64,000 nt of DNA from Tubulanus polymorphus. Lineage: Eukaryota > Animalia > Nemertea. Of the stretch, positions 63,942 to 64,000 are shown in pieces. The position numbers and the translations under genes were made by a program. The notes beneath the pieces were generated by a model that searched no databases, was not told the DNA's origin, and saw only the letters and a list, made by a program, of their open reading frames with translations. The DNA lies in the NCBI RefSeq assembly GCF_964204645.1, contig NC_134028.1, positions 21,510,345-21,574,344 on the forward strand, read 5' to 3'. Position 1 is the first letter of the stretch, and every line of letters starts with the position of its first letter.

Positions 63942-64000
63942 GTATGTATGCATTCACGACAAAAATCAGCTAACAGATTTTTTCTTCGTTCATCAATAAG

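Overview
This is AT-rich, intron-dense animal genomic DNA; an invertebrate source is inferred from the repeat landscape. Nothing prokaryotic is present: no operons, CRISPR arrays or rRNA. I reconstructed three spliced genes by eye with phase-consistent GT-AG introns. (1) NUDCD3 is on the minus strand (8 coding exons, 5939-14062, 349 aa). (2) SMG1, the NMD PIKK kinase, is on the plus strand (68 coding exons, 14629-56443, about 3646 aa) and sits head-to-head with NUDCD3 across 566 bp. (3) The first 11 exons of HGSNAT are on the plus strand from 58502 and run off the window end. An intronless GT31/B3GALT-type glycosyltransferase with a single 1-bp frameshift is nested in NUDCD3 intron 5. The introns hold many non-autonomous transposons: hAT-like elements with 5-6 bp TSDs, five piggyBac-type TTAA MITEs, Harbinger/CWG MITEs, Tc1/mariner-type TA MITEs, a Helentron-type element with a 154-bp satellite, and Penelope relics with hammerhead ribozyme motifs. 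The best leads are a TIR element family carrying a tRNA-like Pol III cassette plus telomere-like repeats, a CTCF-consensus array carried by a Helentron satellite, candidate NMD self-regulation features in SMG1 (two micro-uORFs and a poison acceptor), and a tandemly amplified in-frame splice donor. All coordinates were read manually and no database searches were run.
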